NCBI GenBank assembly: GCA_964035545.1
Contig: CAXIUT010000230.1
Span: forward strand, 124,001 to 188,000
Length of the DNA stretch: 64,000 bases
Direction of reading: 5' to 3'
DNA from: Bugula neritina
Lineage: Eukaryota; Animalia; Bryozoa
Of the stretch, positions 63,101 through 64,000 are shown in pieces. The notes beneath the pieces were generated by a model. That model saw nothing but the letters and a program-made list of their open reading frames with translations, was not told the origin of the DNA and did not search any database. Numbering within the stretch: position 1 is the stretch's first letter; the number at the start of each line of letters is the position of its first letter. Both the position numbers and the translations under genes were made by a program.

Positions 63101-64000
63101 TACACATTGAAAAATACTGCAACATACTGAAATACACTGCAACACACTGAAAAACACTGCAAAATACTGTAACACACTGAAATATACTGCAAAATACTGA
63201 AATACACTGCTACATACTGAAATATACTACAACACACTGCAACATACTGCAACATACTAAAATATACTGCAACATACTGAAATACACTGCAAAATACTGA
63301 AATACACTGTAACATACTGAAATATACTGCAACATACTGAATTACACTCCTACATACTGAAATATACTGCAACTCCCTGCAACATCCTGCAACATACTAA
63401 AATACACTGTAACATATTGAAATACACTGCAACACATTGAAATATACTGCAAAATATTGAAATACACTGCTACACACTGAAATATACTGCAACACACGGC
63501 AACATACTGCAACATACTAAAATATACTGCAACATACTGAAATACACTGCAAAATACTGAAATACACTGTAACATACTGAAATATACTGCAACATACTGA
63601 AATATACTGCTACATACTGAAATATACTGCAACACACGGCAACATACTGCAACATACTAAAATATACTGCAACATACTGAAATACACTGCAAAATACTGA
63701 AATACACTGTAACATACTGAAATATACTGCAACATACTGAAATACACTGTAACATACTGAAATACACTGCAACACAGTGAAATATACTGCAATGTGCCGA
63801 AATGTATGGTAAACTACTGAAATATACTGTCACACATTGAAAAATACTGCAACATACTGAAATATACTGCGACACATTGCAATATACTGTAACATACCGA
63901 AATATGCTGTAGCGCATTGAAATACACTGCAACTCGCTGAAATATACTGCAACATACTGAAATACACTGTAACATACTGAAATACAGTGCTACATACTGA

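Larger units (their letters stand above)
1..64000 (+). repeat. Tandem satellite array: 10-bp monomer / 20-bp dimer (AAATAYACTG-YAACAYACTG), head-to-tail, one orientation, continuing beyond both window ends
   Basis: Every 10-bp column of the sequence is a variant of [A/C/T]AA[T/C]A[T/C]ACTG. I saw no unique interruption and no reverse-complement monomers (CAGTATGTTG) on the + strand. Confidence 0.99.
52700..64000 (+). repeat. Domain 5: diverged satellite subfamily with a 7470-bp offset repeat (52701-56530 recurs at 60171-64000)
   Basis: AACACACCGAAATATACTGCAAAATAAAAC at 52701 and 60171. Blocks 52934/60404, 54798/62268 and 56187/63657 match. There is no GCATGC site, and the domain has its own variants (TACTTCGGCAC, AGCCTACTGA, AGCGCATTGA, AATCCACTGC). 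Confidence 0.92.

Noticed and set aside
109-63932. Several hundred minus-strand ORFs (60-320 aa) as protein-coding genes, including 29047..30009 (320 aa) and the 294-aa ORFs
   Set aside because: They overlap in all three frames with the same low-complexity peptide and follow a 10/20-bp period rather than a codon period. They are a direct arithmetic result of the stop-free reverse complement, with no domain or gene context.
1-64000. CRISPR array or other repeat-spacer system
   Set aside because: There are no unique spacers. All intervening sequence is itself monomer-derived, and no cas-like ORFs are present.
1-64000. Telomeric repeat or G-quadruplex array
   Set aside because: Neither strand of the consensus has G-runs, the unit is unlike TTAGGG/TTAGG-type repeats, and kilobase HORs indicate recombinational amplification rather than telomerase synthesis.
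1-64000. Identity with known short satellites (Drosophila Prodsat AATAACATAG; Parascaris germline-limited TTGCA pentamer)
   Set aside because: Only unit length or a 5-bp sub-word (TGCAA) is shared, and the consensus differs. No organism or programmed-elimination role can be inferred without a database search.
1-64000. TATA boxes, LexA-like TACTG half-sites or other promoter motifs
   Set aside because: These words are intrinsic to the monomer and occur thousands of times. There is no inverted CAGTA partner at SOS-box spacing and no gene to regulate.
1-64000. Synthetic data-storage DNA or a pure sequencing artefact
   Set aside because: Nested duplications with graded divergence and transition-biased variants look like natural satellite evolution. 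Individual near-identical duplications may still be assembly errors.

Overview
All 64,000 bp of this window are one uninterrupted, single-orientation tandem satellite array. I found no genes, RNA genes, mobile elements, CRISPR spacers or unique sequence. The basic unit is a 10-bp monomer in two classes, A-type AAATAYACTG and C-type YAACAYACTG. They mostly alternate to give a 20-bp dimer (consensus AAATAYACTGCAACATACTG; about 30-35% GC; + strand A/C-rich and G-poor). All listed ORFs are artefacts: the reverse complement of the 20-mer has no stop codon in any frame and reads as the cyclic peptide QYVAVYFSMLQYISVCCSIF. The real information is hierarchical. Monomers group into 120/140-bp blocks (260-bp doublets), which group into variant-marked modules, which form kilobase higher-order repeats (HORs) with offsets of 1104, about 6068-7072, 2704, 3708, 4038, 2684, 1300, 6144, 2580, 1140 and 7470 bp. 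The 10-bp register is broken by one recurrent 4-bp TGCA duplication (GCATGC, 18 copies, all before 48.5 kb) and by three 1-bp losses. A different, more diverged subfamily takes over at about 46.7-52.7 kb. The most notable sequence signal is a recurrent 17-bp spaced dyad, TACC-N9-GGTA, carried by two variant motif families. It is a candidate protein-binding box, but that function is pure inference. The array resembles eukaryotic (peri)centromeric or heterochromatic satellite. I cannot assign an organism or a named family, and I see no support for a novel protein-coding system.
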